A stretch of DNA of 63,810 bases, the filler included, from Vannella sp. (taxonomy: Eukaryota): assembly GCA_023345925.1 (NCBI GenBank). It is 4 parts of 4 records of this genome, joined end to end, with 100 filler letters (N's around TTAATTAATTAA, not from the genome) between each part and the next. Parts side by side here need not be neighbours in the genome. Positions count along the whole stretch, not along the records: positions 1 to 23,890 come from JAJQQN010001433.1; positions 23,991 to 52,216 come from JAJQQN010000925.1; 2 more parts are not named here. One strand, written 5' to 3'. The notes beneath the pieces are model-generated. The model did not search any database, was not told the DNA's origin, and worked only from the letters and a program-made list of their open reading frames with translations. Positions 22,501-34,174 of this stretch are shown here, in pieces. Within the stretch, counting starts at the first letter, position 1. Each line of letters opens with the position of its first letter. The position numbers and the translations under genes were made by a program.

Positions 22501-23757
22501 GCGAAAGTGTTTTTAGATCAATTCGAAGTTGCTCTTGGAATGGTAGAGGTCACTTGGCTGAATTCATCCTCATCCCTTCAATCACAACTTCCTTTGCCCT
22601 CTCAATTCCTGTCTGTCAGTAACTTGAGACTGAGATTCAGTGCCGTCCGTCACATCGGATGCCCCATCAATGTAGCACAAGCTGTGCGACAATGTGTCCT
22701 GACATGGCGCAGAGATCTTCTTTGGAGACTCTTTCCTACCTTGGGAAGTTTCGATCTTTTGGGCAATCCAACGCATTTAGTCCGACAGATGAAGCACTAT
22801 TTACGTGAGTATTCTGAGCTTATCAGATGGTCGGATGGTTCCGTAGAAGAGTCCACAATGGATGGCACACAATTTGGACTGGCAAGGAACTCCGAAAGTT
22901 TAGGTTTTGCAATCCTAGCTGCGCTTGTCGATTGTACAATAAGCTTTAATGGAGCATTGAAGGATGCAATGGCACTTGTAAGTCGAGATGCCTTGGCGCT
23001 ATCAGAGAAAGCACCAGAGCTTCTGGGGGAAAGCCAAAGTGACCAACTTCGGCATTTCCTGCAAACTGCTCGAGCTTCTCTGGAAGAGGCTATGAGAGAT
23101 TCGCTTTCTCTTCCTATGCAAGGATTCCGCTCAAATGGGGTCTTCGGGTTGCTTGTAGGGACCAAAGAAGCTCTTATCGGGTGGACTGCACCGTGCCTGG
23201 CAGGATTAGACGGCGCACAGAAAGTTCTCCTTCTCCTTCGTCGCTGGCTAATGAGTAAGAATACCTTTAAACCATTACCAGCTTCAAATACATTCCAGTC
23301 TACTCTCCTGTCAGCAGAAGAGCTGATTCGTCCTCTGAATCTGCTCGAACTACCTTCTGATGCTTTTTCTGCTTTGATTGGACCTGACTTGAAGGCAAAA
23401 GTGATTTTTTCTTGCAGAGTTAACGTTTGGACCGAACAATATGGTACTCTTCTTCAACACAGCCGCTCTTTGGTACTTTTTAGTGACTCTGTTACTCTTC
23501 TCAGCAGTAATTCTGTTTCTTTAGAGGTCCTGTTACATCAATTGGATCAAATTGCGCATGAGAATGAAGAACTCTTGACATTGAGCTGGCATGGATGCAC
23601 TCAACTTCTCCAATTGTCTTTTTTCCACCTTGCTGAGAGAGCAGAGTTTGTAGCACACCTCCAACGGCTCTATTACGGTTCAACAGGATTTGTATTGGTC
23701 CATCCGAGAGCCTGCCGCAGTTATGACGAGCCCCATTATGATTTGTTGGACGAATAA
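13528..23757 (+). CDS. VPS13: VPS13-family bridge-like lipid transfer protein (probably VPS13B-like); introns 13663-13714 and 13838-13890
   Basis: Chorein-N start MFEQLVWSLIEQYAQRFLKDF..IDLWNGRLVLEDLEL..IPWSRILTDPVKV; repeated P(F/L)xLxNxT segments; C-terminal LGSFDLLGNP motif; ~3,300 aa. Confidence 0.9.
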
Positions 23758-23890
23758 AGTATTCGAGTGAGTCCACCTCAATTATCACATCACATAGCGG
23801 CTGATCGTGCCCACGGAAACCTGAGAAGTTCGATTTTTCAACTTCGGCCTGATTATCATTCAAAGCCCTTCCTTTTCAAAACAGATAAAA

Positions 23891-23990
23891 NNNNNNNNNN
23901 NNNNNNNNNNNNNNNNNNNNNNNNNNNNNNNNNNTTAATTAATTAANNNNNNNNNNNNNNNNNNNNNNNNNNNNNNNNNNNNNNNNNNNN
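23891..23990. other. Artificial contig linker
   Basis: N44-TTAATTAATTAA-N44, exactly 100 nt, stops in all six frames. Confidence 0.98.
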
Positions 23991-25462
23991 GGCATTATTT
24001 TGACGATCACTCCCGGCGCGTCGCTGGCAAGGAAGAGGCCGTGGGCAGATTGGGCCAAGCCAACGGGGCGGATCCAACGCCTGTGCGGGTTAGCAAGAGC
24101 GAAGGATGAAGGGGGGATGAGGGAGAGCGACGTACTGGGATTGGTAGGCGCCAGGGCCGGAGTAGCCGAGGAAAGGCCGGCTTGAAACAGGCTTCCCATT
24201 TGCGAAGACAACATGGTCTATGCGGTATCCGACGGGAATCTGGCTGTTCCAGCTTCCATGGAAGCTGACGAAGGCGTCTCCTTCTGCAACACCATTCCAA
24301 GAGTCGTCATCCCAGAAGAGAAGGTCCATCGGGGCTGTGTGGGGCTCAAAACACCAGGCAGGTGTCCTTACATTGTTTGTATCGCGACACCAGCCGTCAC
24401 TAAGCCCAGGATTGATCAGTATCGCTCACCAAACCAGTTCATGTGAAAGGGAGCTCACCTGATGCTCCGAGAGAACTCTGACTGATAGAACTGAGTACCA
24501 GGAGGATAGAGCCCCAGCTTGTACGAGCTCCAGCAGTAAGGGTAGCCAAAGAAGTCTCCAGGGTTGGAGAGGTCGTTCAGCTCCTCACAAGGATTCCCCA
24601 CGTGCAGATCTCCTCCCAAGTCTAGAGGAGGTGGTGAGTAATAATCCTTGTCCCAATGGGCAACAAACCAGCTCGGTACGCGCTATCGACGCCATTTTCG
24701 ACACCCCACAGTTTCCAGTCCTTGTCAAAGCGGATCCCAACCTCGTTTCGGAGTCCATTAGAGAATACAAAGCCATCTGTCCATTCGATACCACCCTCAG
24801 GCACCTCTGTCACGTTGAATTGGTTGACCCGCGCGTGGGTTGAGTCTGGATCCACGTTGGATCCGCTTCCCACTTGGACATAGAGGTATCCCTCTTGGTC
24901 AAAGGCTAAAGAACGACTGACATGATGGCAACAGGGGATGCCTTTGACTACAACTGCGCCTTCGCCCAGCGGACTTCGATCTCCTGCCGTGTAGGGCCAA
25001 CGAAGGACATGTGTCGCATTAGAAGCATACAAGTATCCCCCATTGATGCGAACCGCATGGTTAAGGCCTGGATTGGTGACGAGTATGGCTCGCTCTGATG
25101 GATCACTCCAACTTGACTTGATCATTAGCACAGTGGAGAGTCAAATGGGCGGTCTTACTTGTTACCGTCCTCATCCCATAGTACAGTGACTCGATTGGCT
25201 TGCGATTCAACCGTAAGCAGATCCCCATTCGCCGCCACTTCAAGGGAACGTGATCCCATCAGCCCTCGCGCCCACACAGTGGGGCAGAAGCCCGGCTCTA
25301 TCACCGCATTTGGCATCGCATTCACGCAAATCGCTACAGTAAACCCTTCATCAGCCTCCTCTTACCCCTCCTCCCCTGAAGAAGTGACCCACGCGGCTCC
25401 AACCCCGGATAAATCATGTTCCCCCAACACACCCCCACCAAAGCCACCAGCGCCCACCACAT
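23991..25462 (-). CDS. Secreted PQQ-dependent sugar/L-sorbosone dehydrogenase-like beta-propeller; multi-exon, 3' end cut by the contig end
   Basis: Signal peptide MWWALVALVGVCWG; motifs LNHAVRI, HVSRSLAFDQEGYLYVQVGSGSNVD, GLRNEVGIRFD, LWGVENG, FVSFHGSWNSQIPVGYRI, IRPVGL. Confidence 0.88.
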
Positions 25463-25545
25463 GGACACCAAGAAATGCCTTTTAGGGCTCAGTCTTCGGC
25501 AGGGGAAGGAAATTGCCGAGTCGTCTGGTCCGGACCATTCTTTGA

Positions 25546-27478
25546 ATGGCCAACTTTCCTCGCCCGGTGGCTTTGCTTGGGGACGATGGCGATGGCTCTG
25601 GAGAGAAGTGTAGAGGGGTGACGTTGCCCTTGACTAGGAGTGAGAGGGAGGACGTGGTACAGAGAACGAAGAGTGGCCGTTTTCAGAAGTTCAACATTGT
25701 GAAGAATGTGGAGGACAATAGAGAGCAGAAGCAGCGCTTTTTAGTGCTGCAGGAGCTACTTACTTCGGAACAAGACTATGTCAGAGATCTAGGTTACATC
25801 GTACAGGGCTTTCTCCAGCCCCTTCGCTCTATTGGGGTGTGCGGACAGGAAGTTCCGCTCATCTTTGGCAACATCGAGCTCCTTTACAGGTGAGCGCCTT
25901 GTCGTTCTTAAACTAGAAGCTAACGGCCATCTCGTAGTGTCAACAAGGACCTCTCTGCCAAGTTCAATGCCCTCTTGGACGAGGGAGGGAAGGACCCTTC
26001 TCATCAATTTCTCATCGGAAACACGTTCTGTGAGATGGTACGACACCCCTTGACTCTCATGAATGTGTATCAATGTTATGATAGTCAACAAGCCTACTCT
26101 CCTATGACCAGTACTGCGCTAATCACGAAAAGTACGAACCATTGTCACTCCATTTATGTACTCACTCGTTCAAAAGGGGCGCTGCTCGCCTTCAGAAGTG
26201 TATGAAGCAATCAGCGTTTGCAGGGGAGATTGAGGTATGAGACTACCCGCACAGAAACGAAGTGGAAGTGACAATGACCTTTGTCACAGAAATGCCGCGA
26301 TCGTATGGTCGGAACTGGGAAGCTTCTCCACCTGCCTGACCTCTTGATCAAGCCCATTCAGCGCATATGCAAGTATCCTCTTCTGCTTAAAGTAACGAAC
26401 GCTCTCCTTCTCCAACAAACGCAGCATGTTTACTTTGGACACAGGAACTCGTCAAATGCACGCCAGAAGACCATCCTGATCACTTGCCCTTGCTCAATGC
26501 TATCACCTTGATCGAGGAAATCACTTCAAAGATCAATGACAACCGAAGGGACGCGGATAACTTCGAAACTCTTCTCCTCATCCAACGCCAACTGGATGGC
26601 TTTGAGGTAGGATCGGCGCTTTGTCCCTCTCTAGTGCCTGACCTCTTTGTAGGGTAAGCTAGCAGAACCTGGACGTTACTTTTGCCGAGAAGGGATGCTC
26701 AAGAAGGTCAATCCGCGAGGGAAGGTGCAAGCCCGCCACTTCCTCCTCTTCAATGACACGATGATCTGGTGCAAAGGCAAAGCAGGAACCTCTATATTGA
26801 AGTCTCGCTTCCAGTTCAAGGGCGCACTCTGGCTTGACACGGCTGTGGTACGAGATACTCCCGATCCAAACGGTATGCCAGCAACGTGTGGAGCCTGGGA
26901 CCTTCTTTGCTCACCTAATGGCAGCTTTCAAGTTCCAGATCATCAAACTAGACACAAAGAAGATCTACGATCTCGTTGCTGACACGGAAGAGAGCAAACA
27001 GTCCTGGATCAAGTCAGTAGACGAACTCATCAGCGTCTGGTTAGAAGTGGAGAAGACCAACCAAGAGCGGAACGATGCTTTGAAGGAACAAGCAAACAGT
27101 CAAAGTTCTGAGCCTTCCGGGAGGCTCTCTGGTTCCGAACCCTCTCCTGTTGCCTTGCGAGCACTCAGTCAGTCCTCCGGCTCAAGACGTGGTACTCTCA
27201 GTCAGAAGTCAGCCACTAGCTCCAGCTCCCTCAGGTTGAACGGGGAGCCATCCCTTGAAGCGTCATTCGAGAAAATGGCTTTGGAGAAGGCAGCTCAGGA
27301 GAAGTTGGCCCTGGAGAAGCGCCTTGCTAAGCTTGAGGCTTCTGTTGAGCTTCTTTTGGAGGAGAATCAACTCTTGAAGCAGCGTGTGGCAGACTTGGAG
27401 TCAACGCCCAAGGAGGGAAGATCGCGAAGGTCTACCAAAAAGGTCAAGCTTGATGATGAAGTAAGCCAAGATAAATGA
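25546..27478 (+). CDS. Dbl-family RhoGEF (DH-PH) with C-terminal coiled coil; multi-exon
   Basis: DH motifs LQELLTSEQDYVRDL, IFGNIELL, LLIKPIQRICKYPLLLK; PH motifs EGMLKK..RHFLLFND..SWIKSV. Confidence 0.92.
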
Positions 27479-27534
27479 GAGCTTAGACAATCTGGAGGCT
27501 TGATGCTGGTTTATTCCTGTAAGGGAAGACTCAC

Positions 27535-27796
27535 TTACAAACCGAGCTTGGTGCGTCTCCAGTTCCTTCTCTTGGCGTTGTATCTAGTATCATCTGTTAG
27601 GAGTTGCATGTGAGCACCACGGTGGTAAGACCTACCGAATCTTGTTGTCGGTCTTGTAGCGGAACCATTGGGGAAGGGGACGGTTAGCGTTTCTTGCCTT
27701 GGCAAGGGTCTGCTTGATCTTGAAAGACTTGTGGGAAGGCTAACCGCGAGCGTGAGCAAAAGAGCAGATCTCCTCCTTCACGACTGCACGTACCAT
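27535..27796 (-). CDS. RPL39: 60S ribosomal protein L39 (eL39), two introns
   Basis: Spliced translation [51 protein letters not shown]. Confidence 0.97.
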
Positions 27797-27916
27797 CTCC
27801 GAGACCAAAAAAAAAGGAGCCACTGGACGAAAATTTTCGTCACAAACCCAACTGCTCCTTTTTCTTCCTGGTATTGATGTGGAACCAAAACTATTCATTG
27901 ATACATTCATTTGTTG

Positions 27917-30572
27917 ATGCTACGGGCGGTGAGAGGTCTTCCTTTCTCACGGTTTGGCCAAAGGGTCATTCGTGCCAGCTTGTGCCAGGACTTGCCTGCT
28001 TCGGGATCAGTTGATCCGTTACAGCAGTCCAAATGGCAAAGGATAAGAAGGAAAGAGGGTATAGAGCGTCAGGAGTTCGACCTCTCGTCCATGCGGGCTG
28101 TTATCAATAAGATCATCTACCATAACGAAGCGAATGGCTACTCTGTGATGGCTATCTCCCCCAAAGAGGCTCTTTCTCAAGAGGTGACAGTGATAGGAAC
28201 GTTCATTGGCCCTTCCGAAGGGGAGCACATCGAGATTCAGGGTGGTTCTTGGAAGTCTCGAGGAGAAGAGTCTCAGATCCTTGCTGATCGGATTCTCCCA
28301 GTGAACCCAACAACAGTGGTCGAGACAGAACTCTACCTGTCAAAGTTCTTCAAGGGAATCGGCAGGAAGCGAGCCAAGGCGATCGTGGACATGTTCGGAG
28401 TGAAGGTTTTTGACGTCATTGAGAACAACCCTTCCGCGCTCTTGAAGGTCTCCGGTTTAGGAGCAAAGAAGCTCGAGTCTGTTATACAGCCTTATCTCGA
28501 ACGGGTCTCTGCGCGTGAGCTAGTCGACTTTCTTGTCAAATACGGTACGCTCGAGGAGGGATAATCTCTCTCTCTCCCATTCTAAGCTCTTCTAGATATC
28601 ACAAGTGACCATGGGTTGACTATTTGGAAGAAATATGGGAATGATGCTATTCAGAGGATCAAAGACAACCCGTACACCCTTTCACAAGACATTCGCGGGT
28701 TCAAGTTCACTCAAGCTGACGAACTGGCACAGAAACTGGGTGTTTCTGCCACTTCCGCAGTGAGAATAGTAGCGGGAGCACGCCATGTTCTGTTAGTGGG
28801 CTCAGTTCGCTTTGGACATTCAGTATTGCCTTTGACTTTTCTCCTTCAAGAGTGCGGCCAGTTGCTGGGATTACCTCCATTCACAGTGTATGAGATGATC
28901 CTTCAAGATATTCACTCTGAAGAACCCTCTTTGGTGGTCCTTCCTCAGCAAAGGGTGGACTTTGGAGACCTTTATGACTATGATTCCGTCAATTTCTTCC
29001 TATCCGAAGGGGAGGCCACATCCTTCATTGCTAAGAAGGAGGTTTATGACCAGGAGCGTGGCATTGCCTTGGATATCCAACGCATTCTAACCTCAGAAGA
29101 GAGTCATCCTTTGGCTCACATTCTCCAGGAGGAGGGTGAAAGTCAAGTTCTAAGTGGAGTTAGTGATGGCCTTTCTCCCAGCCAGATGGAGGCACTCCGC
29201 CTCTCGCTCAAGGAGAAAATCTTAGTGGTGACTGGAGGGCCAGGAGTGGGAAAGACAGCGACAGTCACCCGGATTATGAAGCTTTTTGAGAAGTATCAAT
29301 TGCCCACTCTTGTGTGCGCACCCACTGGAAGGGCTGCTGTCCGATTACAGGAGCTTTCCGGCATTCCGGCATGCACCGTCCACCGTTTATTAGAGTGTGC
29401 AGCCGGTTTCACTTTCCAACGGAATGAGGAGAATCCGCTCAGTTGCAAGCTGTTGGTGGTGGACGAGTTCAGTATGATGGACTTGGCCCTGACCCATGCT
29501 CTCTTCAAAGCGCTCCCGTCTGATACACTTGTTATCATCGTTGGAGATCCTGACCAACTTCCTTCTGTAGGCCCGGGAAATGTACTCCGGGTAAGTGATA
29601 TCGACAGAATCGGGTTCGCATTCCATCTGACTTTGTGGAGAAGGACATCATTTCCGGGGCGGCTTGCAAAGTCCATCATCTTTCGGAGGTTTTCCGACAA
29701 AAGGAAGCGAGCAACATCATTCGAGCGGCTCACACAATCAACAGTGGTTCCCTGCCAGACCTGAGCCACACGGTACCAACCAAAGCCCATCAAATAAGCC
29801 CCTTAACGAGCGACTTTTGCTTCGTAGAAGCTAGCAACAGTACCAATGTAGTACGTAGGAAAGCAGAACACTACACCAAAGCGACTAACAGCCTGTAAAG
29901 CTCAAAACCATATGCACATTAGTGACTTACATCCTCCCCCAGTACGGCTTCACGCCGGACCAGATCCAAATCCTGACTCCAGTCAACAAGAACGAACTGG
30001 GCGCTCAAAACCTCAACTTTAACCTCCAACAGCAGCTGAATCCCTTCCAATCGGGACGTCCCGAGATGACTTGTCATGGCGTTACTTATCGGGTGGGCGA
30101 CCGGGTGATGCAGATCTCTAACAACTACGACAAGGACATCTACAATGGGGAGATGGGGCTCGTTCGGGGTATCACGCGGACGGCTCTTTCCTCGAAGTCG
30201 AAGAAGAAGGTCGATGGATGGTGTGTGACCGTCCAGTTTGATCGCCATACAGAGGAGGTCTCTTTCAATGAAGGAGAGATGGATCAGCTCCTGTTGTCCT
30301 ACGCTGTAACCATCCATAAGAGCCAAGGGAATGAGTTCCCAGTGACTATCATCCCCCTTCACCCTCAGCACAAGCGCATGCTCCAACGTAACCTCATCTA
30401 CACTGCTGTAACCCGCGGCAAACAGTTAGTCATCATCGTAGGAGATCGCAGCGCCCTTCAAATGTCCGTCGACACCCTCAATGCTCAAGGCGCCTCCCGT
30501 TTCACTCACCTGGCAGAGACTATCCATCAAACTACCCTTCCAGCTCCTCTCAGCCCCGAGCCAGAGCGATAA
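27917..30572 (+). CDS. recD2: RecD2-type (SF1B) ATP-dependent DNA helicase with putative mitochondrial targeting peptide; introns 28545-28595, 29591-29643, 29851-29900
   Basis: RecD2 N-terminus (IIYHNEANGYSV, KGIGRKRAKAIVDMFG, IKDNPYTL); TGGPGVGKT, APTGRAA, VVDEFSM, VGDPDQLPSVGPG, EVFRQ, YAVTIHKSQG, RNLIYTAVTRGK; Arg-rich, acid-free N-terminus. Confidence 0.92.
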
Positions 30573-30619
30573 CAAAGAGTTTCCGAGCTTCCTCGCCCAT
30601 TTCCTTCTCGCCCTGGTTG

Positions 30620-32348
30620 ATGGAGCGGACGCGTGTTGTTGAGTCTTTGGAGCTTCCAAAGCCTGTAGAGAAGGTACTACGCGATGTTGATACTCTCTTG
30701 AAGCGAAGGCAGCTCGTCCAGCAGGAGATTGAGGTGAGCAAAGGGAGGAACCAAGAACGGGATGGAAGATGACGAGGACATTGGCGTAGCTCTTGAAGAA
30801 CAAACTGGTGGCTCATCAAGATGAAAGAGAACCTGTCCCAACACCTGAATCAGAGGTATGGGGGCTCTTCTACCCTCGAAAGCCCTCTCAACGGGAGCGG
30901 GGCAGCTCGTCTTGGTTCCTTATGCCCTTCTCCATCGCCTGGTTCTAGAACGGAGTCAATTGTTAAGTAACATCGCTGCTCAGAAGGTAATCAATCCTCT
31001 ACAACCTTGAGAGTGGTCCTCACGGGGGGTACAGCGAACCATTGCTAGTTTATCAAACTCTTTGAGGGACGTGAGCCTCCCAGAGGACGGTGAAGAGGAA
31101 CGAGGTGGCTTCGCATTGCTTAACGCTGCTGCATACCTTCGAGTCCAAGGTGACCGCCACACGTCTGGCTTCATTGCGCCTGAGAATGTGGAAAGGGCTG
31201 TCCTCAAGTTCCAGCCTGGACCCCGTCTGACCGTCAGTCAGAAAGCAAGAACCTTAGGTCGATCTCACATGAAGCACTTCGTGCCTCAAAGCAACAATAT
31301 TCCCAGCGTGGCCGTGGAAACCTTGCGCGGGGGTGCCGCCTTGAATACGCTGAAGGGACCTGGCTTTAGCTCCGCTCCGATTCAGTGCTTTGGTCAACAT
31401 TGGTGCGGTCACTCTTTCAGCACCTTCCCTTGGGAGGAGGGGAACCACCAACGTGTGGGCGATCCCATCTGCGATCGCTTCTTCTCCCGGCTCTACGAGA
31501 ACCGCATCGTTACTGCAGTGGCCAGTGGATGTGGCTGGCATGAACAGAACCGCTCTGCAGCCAAGAAGGCTGTCAAGGCCTTCTGTGACCACGTCAATGC
31601 CAACCAAAAGAGCGCGAAGAACCTCATTGAGCTCTCCCAGACGATGCTGAACGGCTTTGCCGAGGCCCATTGTCGTATCTTGGAGAAGAGGAGCCAACCA
31701 GGCATGGAGGGAACTGCCACCATGATCGGCTCGGTCCTTGTTCGCTCCAGTTCAAACCAGTGGTCGTATCTCTGCTGCAACTTGGGTACAAGTAGGTCCT
31801 TCCTCTACGAGCACAAGAAAAGGAAGGTCTGTGAGGTGACGAAGACGGAGGAGTTTGCTGCTGCCGATTCGATTTACTCAGGAGGTTGCTTAGGAGAGAG
31901 AGGAATCATCCCCAACCTCCGCGGCCTTGAGATATTCCACCGGTACTGCGAGGAGGGCGACTTCATCCTCCTAGTGACTGATGGAGTCCATGGAAACTGT
32001 GACATGCGCCACCAGGGCATCCGTCCAGCAGACAAGGGACAGGGTGGACTGGATTGGTCTGATGTTGATTCCAAGAGCGCTGCCAAGCTCGACCAAGAGC
32101 ACATGGAAGAGCAGTTTTCCAACATCATCAAATCCATCCCCGGAGACCTCTCTGTCGACACCATCTGCCTTGCCTTCACCGATTACTGTCAAAAGGCCAC
32201 AGAGAACATCCGAAGCTTCATGAAAGAGAGCAAAGGGCGCCTCCCCAGTGACTACACACTCTACCCTGGCAAAGTGGACCATTCTACCGTTATCTGCTTC
32301 CGCGTGGGGGAAGTGAGCCTTTCCTACGACCAGTGGATGGGCAAGTGA
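30620..32348 (+). CDS. PP2C-like (CG9801-type) domain protein with N-terminal coiled-coil exons; probable pseudophosphatase
   Basis: Short upstream exons from ATG 30620 (MERTRVVESLE...) splice in frame to ORF 31062-32348; motifs FSTFP, GDPICD, GGCLG, GDFILLVTDGVH, GKVDHST. Confidence 0.75.
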
Positions 32349-32429
32349 CAACCTCACACCAAGTTTGGTTGTCACAACATGTTCCAATGTTGTTGTTGGA
32401 ACAAGGTACCTGATAATACTGTGCCTGAA

Positions 32430-32825
32430 CTATTCCAAGAAAATTTTAGAACTTTTCCGGACATTATAATTATGGGTTGTATCATCATTCGACAGAGTCC
32501 TTCGCTGATGGGAAAGGAGGTGGTTGGCACCTTCCTTTTGGGTCAGCTGGCCATGGAGAGGAGAGGGCGCGCTGAGGTAGCCTTTGAGAACATGACGATT
32601 CAGATCGTTTTGATGAGGAGCGAGGGAGAGGAGGTGGAGAGTCTTCGCTTGGAGGTGGAACTGGAAGAAGGCAACACAAAGCGGGTAGGAAGGCTTGATA
32701 GCACTACGAGGAGACTTATTGGGATACATATAGCCCTTCTCTCGCTCCTTCTCACTGAAAACAAAGGTGGAAATGGCAGAAGAAGGCTCAAAAGTCACCT
32801 TTACCGACCGTCGTGGGTTCTTCAT
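32430..32825 (-). CDS. Hypothetical small protein
   Basis: ATG-started 131-aa ORF filling the intergenic space; no recognised domain. Confidence 0.3.
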   Translation of the reverse strand: MKNPRRSVKVTFEPSSAISTFVFSEKEREKGYMYPNKSPRSAIKPSYPLCVAFFQFHLQAKTLHLLSLAPHQNDLNRHVLKGYLSAPSPLHGQLTQKEGANHLLSHQRRTLSNDDTTHNYNVRKSSKIFLE

Positions 32826-32904
32826 CCTTTCAGGAGAGGCAGGCGTGATTTCTCAGCTATTGGATTGTCTCCAATCTAAGGGTAAGTCTTAACCGTGTGT
32901 TTGG

Positions 32905-34102
32905 TTGCCAAAATCAGGGACTGACAATCATCCAGCATCGCTGGTTCCTGATGAGGATTCTCTGTCTCGGCCTGCAGGAGGTTCTACCCCCACCATCACG
33001 CGTAGTCCCGCTCCCAGAAGTCTTTGGCCAACGTCCAAGAGGTCCTCAGGCTCCAGTGGTCGAGTGAACCAGGTTCAAGTGGGAGCGCGCCAACCTTCTC
33101 CTCTTCCCTCAGCCTTCCAAGCAGCACGTCCAACAGGCGATTCACAAAGGAACTCTTTCATGCGGCGAGAAAAGATACCTTCCGTATCAAGCGCTTCCGC
33201 CATCATCAACCTGAATGTGGTCGAACCTGAAAGGGGTCCCTCACCTCCTCCCCAAGAGGAGGGCTTGAACTTCTTTGAGATGGAGATTTACAAGATCCGC
33301 ATGAACCTACTCAAGGAGGACGCCACTCCCAAGGAGGTGGACTTTGCACCCCGCTATGAACCGGCTGTTTATGTGGCACAGATTCTTCTTAGTGACCCTG
33401 ACTCATTTGTACGTGGATACAAGACTTAGGAGAGTGCTAATGGTAGTGCAGATTCGTTCTTACGATAAGAAACTGGTGCCGAAGGCGGTCTCTCAGTGTA
33501 TGAAGTATCTGAACAATTGTGAGTCACTTTGTGGTTCTTCCCTTTCTGATAGGGTCAATAGCTCTTCACGAGCGCTGGATTCTTTGTGGATTGGAAGATT
33601 ACGACAAATGGGTTCAGATTGAGGAGCTGGATGCCTCAGGGGTGAAGAAAACAACCGATCCGTTTGCTATTGCAGAGTATCTTCTACTTCTTATCAGGCG
33701 GCTCTGCCCTGTTCTTGTTCTTGATAACTATGAGCCAGAAGAATCATTCCTGGGTACGTGGGACTGGCCTGCTTCCTTTCTTGTGAGAAATTGACATTTC
33801 CATGCAAATAGAGGTTTCTGGAAACGAGGAAAAAGAGAATGCCTACCTCTCTGCGCTAGTCCGCTCTCAGCCTGATGAAAACCGTGCTCTATTAGGAGCT
33901 CTGCTTGGGTTCTTAAAGGTGGCTCTCCTGCGGAGTGCTGAGAATGGACTGACCCGCGACATTCTGTCCTCCTTTTACGGACGCTATTTGATCTCTCCCA
34001 GTGACTTGGCGTACAAGAGAACTGCTCCACAGCCACTACAGCGACCGCTGGAGCTATGAGACGTTCATAAAAGAAGATACATCTTTCACTGAAAGTGTGT
34101 GA
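32905..34102 (+). CDS. Divergent RhoGAP-like protein, multi-exon; ends approximate
   Basis: LVPKAVSQCMKYL..DPFAIAEYLLLLIRRLCPVL..QPDENRALLGALLGFL..ENGLTRDILSSFYGRYLI follows the RhoGAP helix pattern. Confidence 0.6.
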
Positions 34103-34174
34103 AGAGGCTGGGCTACGCCTCTTGGATGGTTTATCAAGAAGATTGAGATTTCGAACAGTAAAGTACAGATGGAG

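Noticed and set aside
23891..23990. TTAATTAATTAA palindrome flanked by Ns (also at 52217-52316 and 59897-59996)
   Set aside because: Identical 100-nt synthetic spacer used to concatenate contigs; not biological.
27917..30572. RecD2 as bacterial contamination or part of a mobile element
   Set aside because: It has three spliceosomal introns and sits between RPL39 and another intron-containing gene on the same contig; no transposase or terminal repeats.
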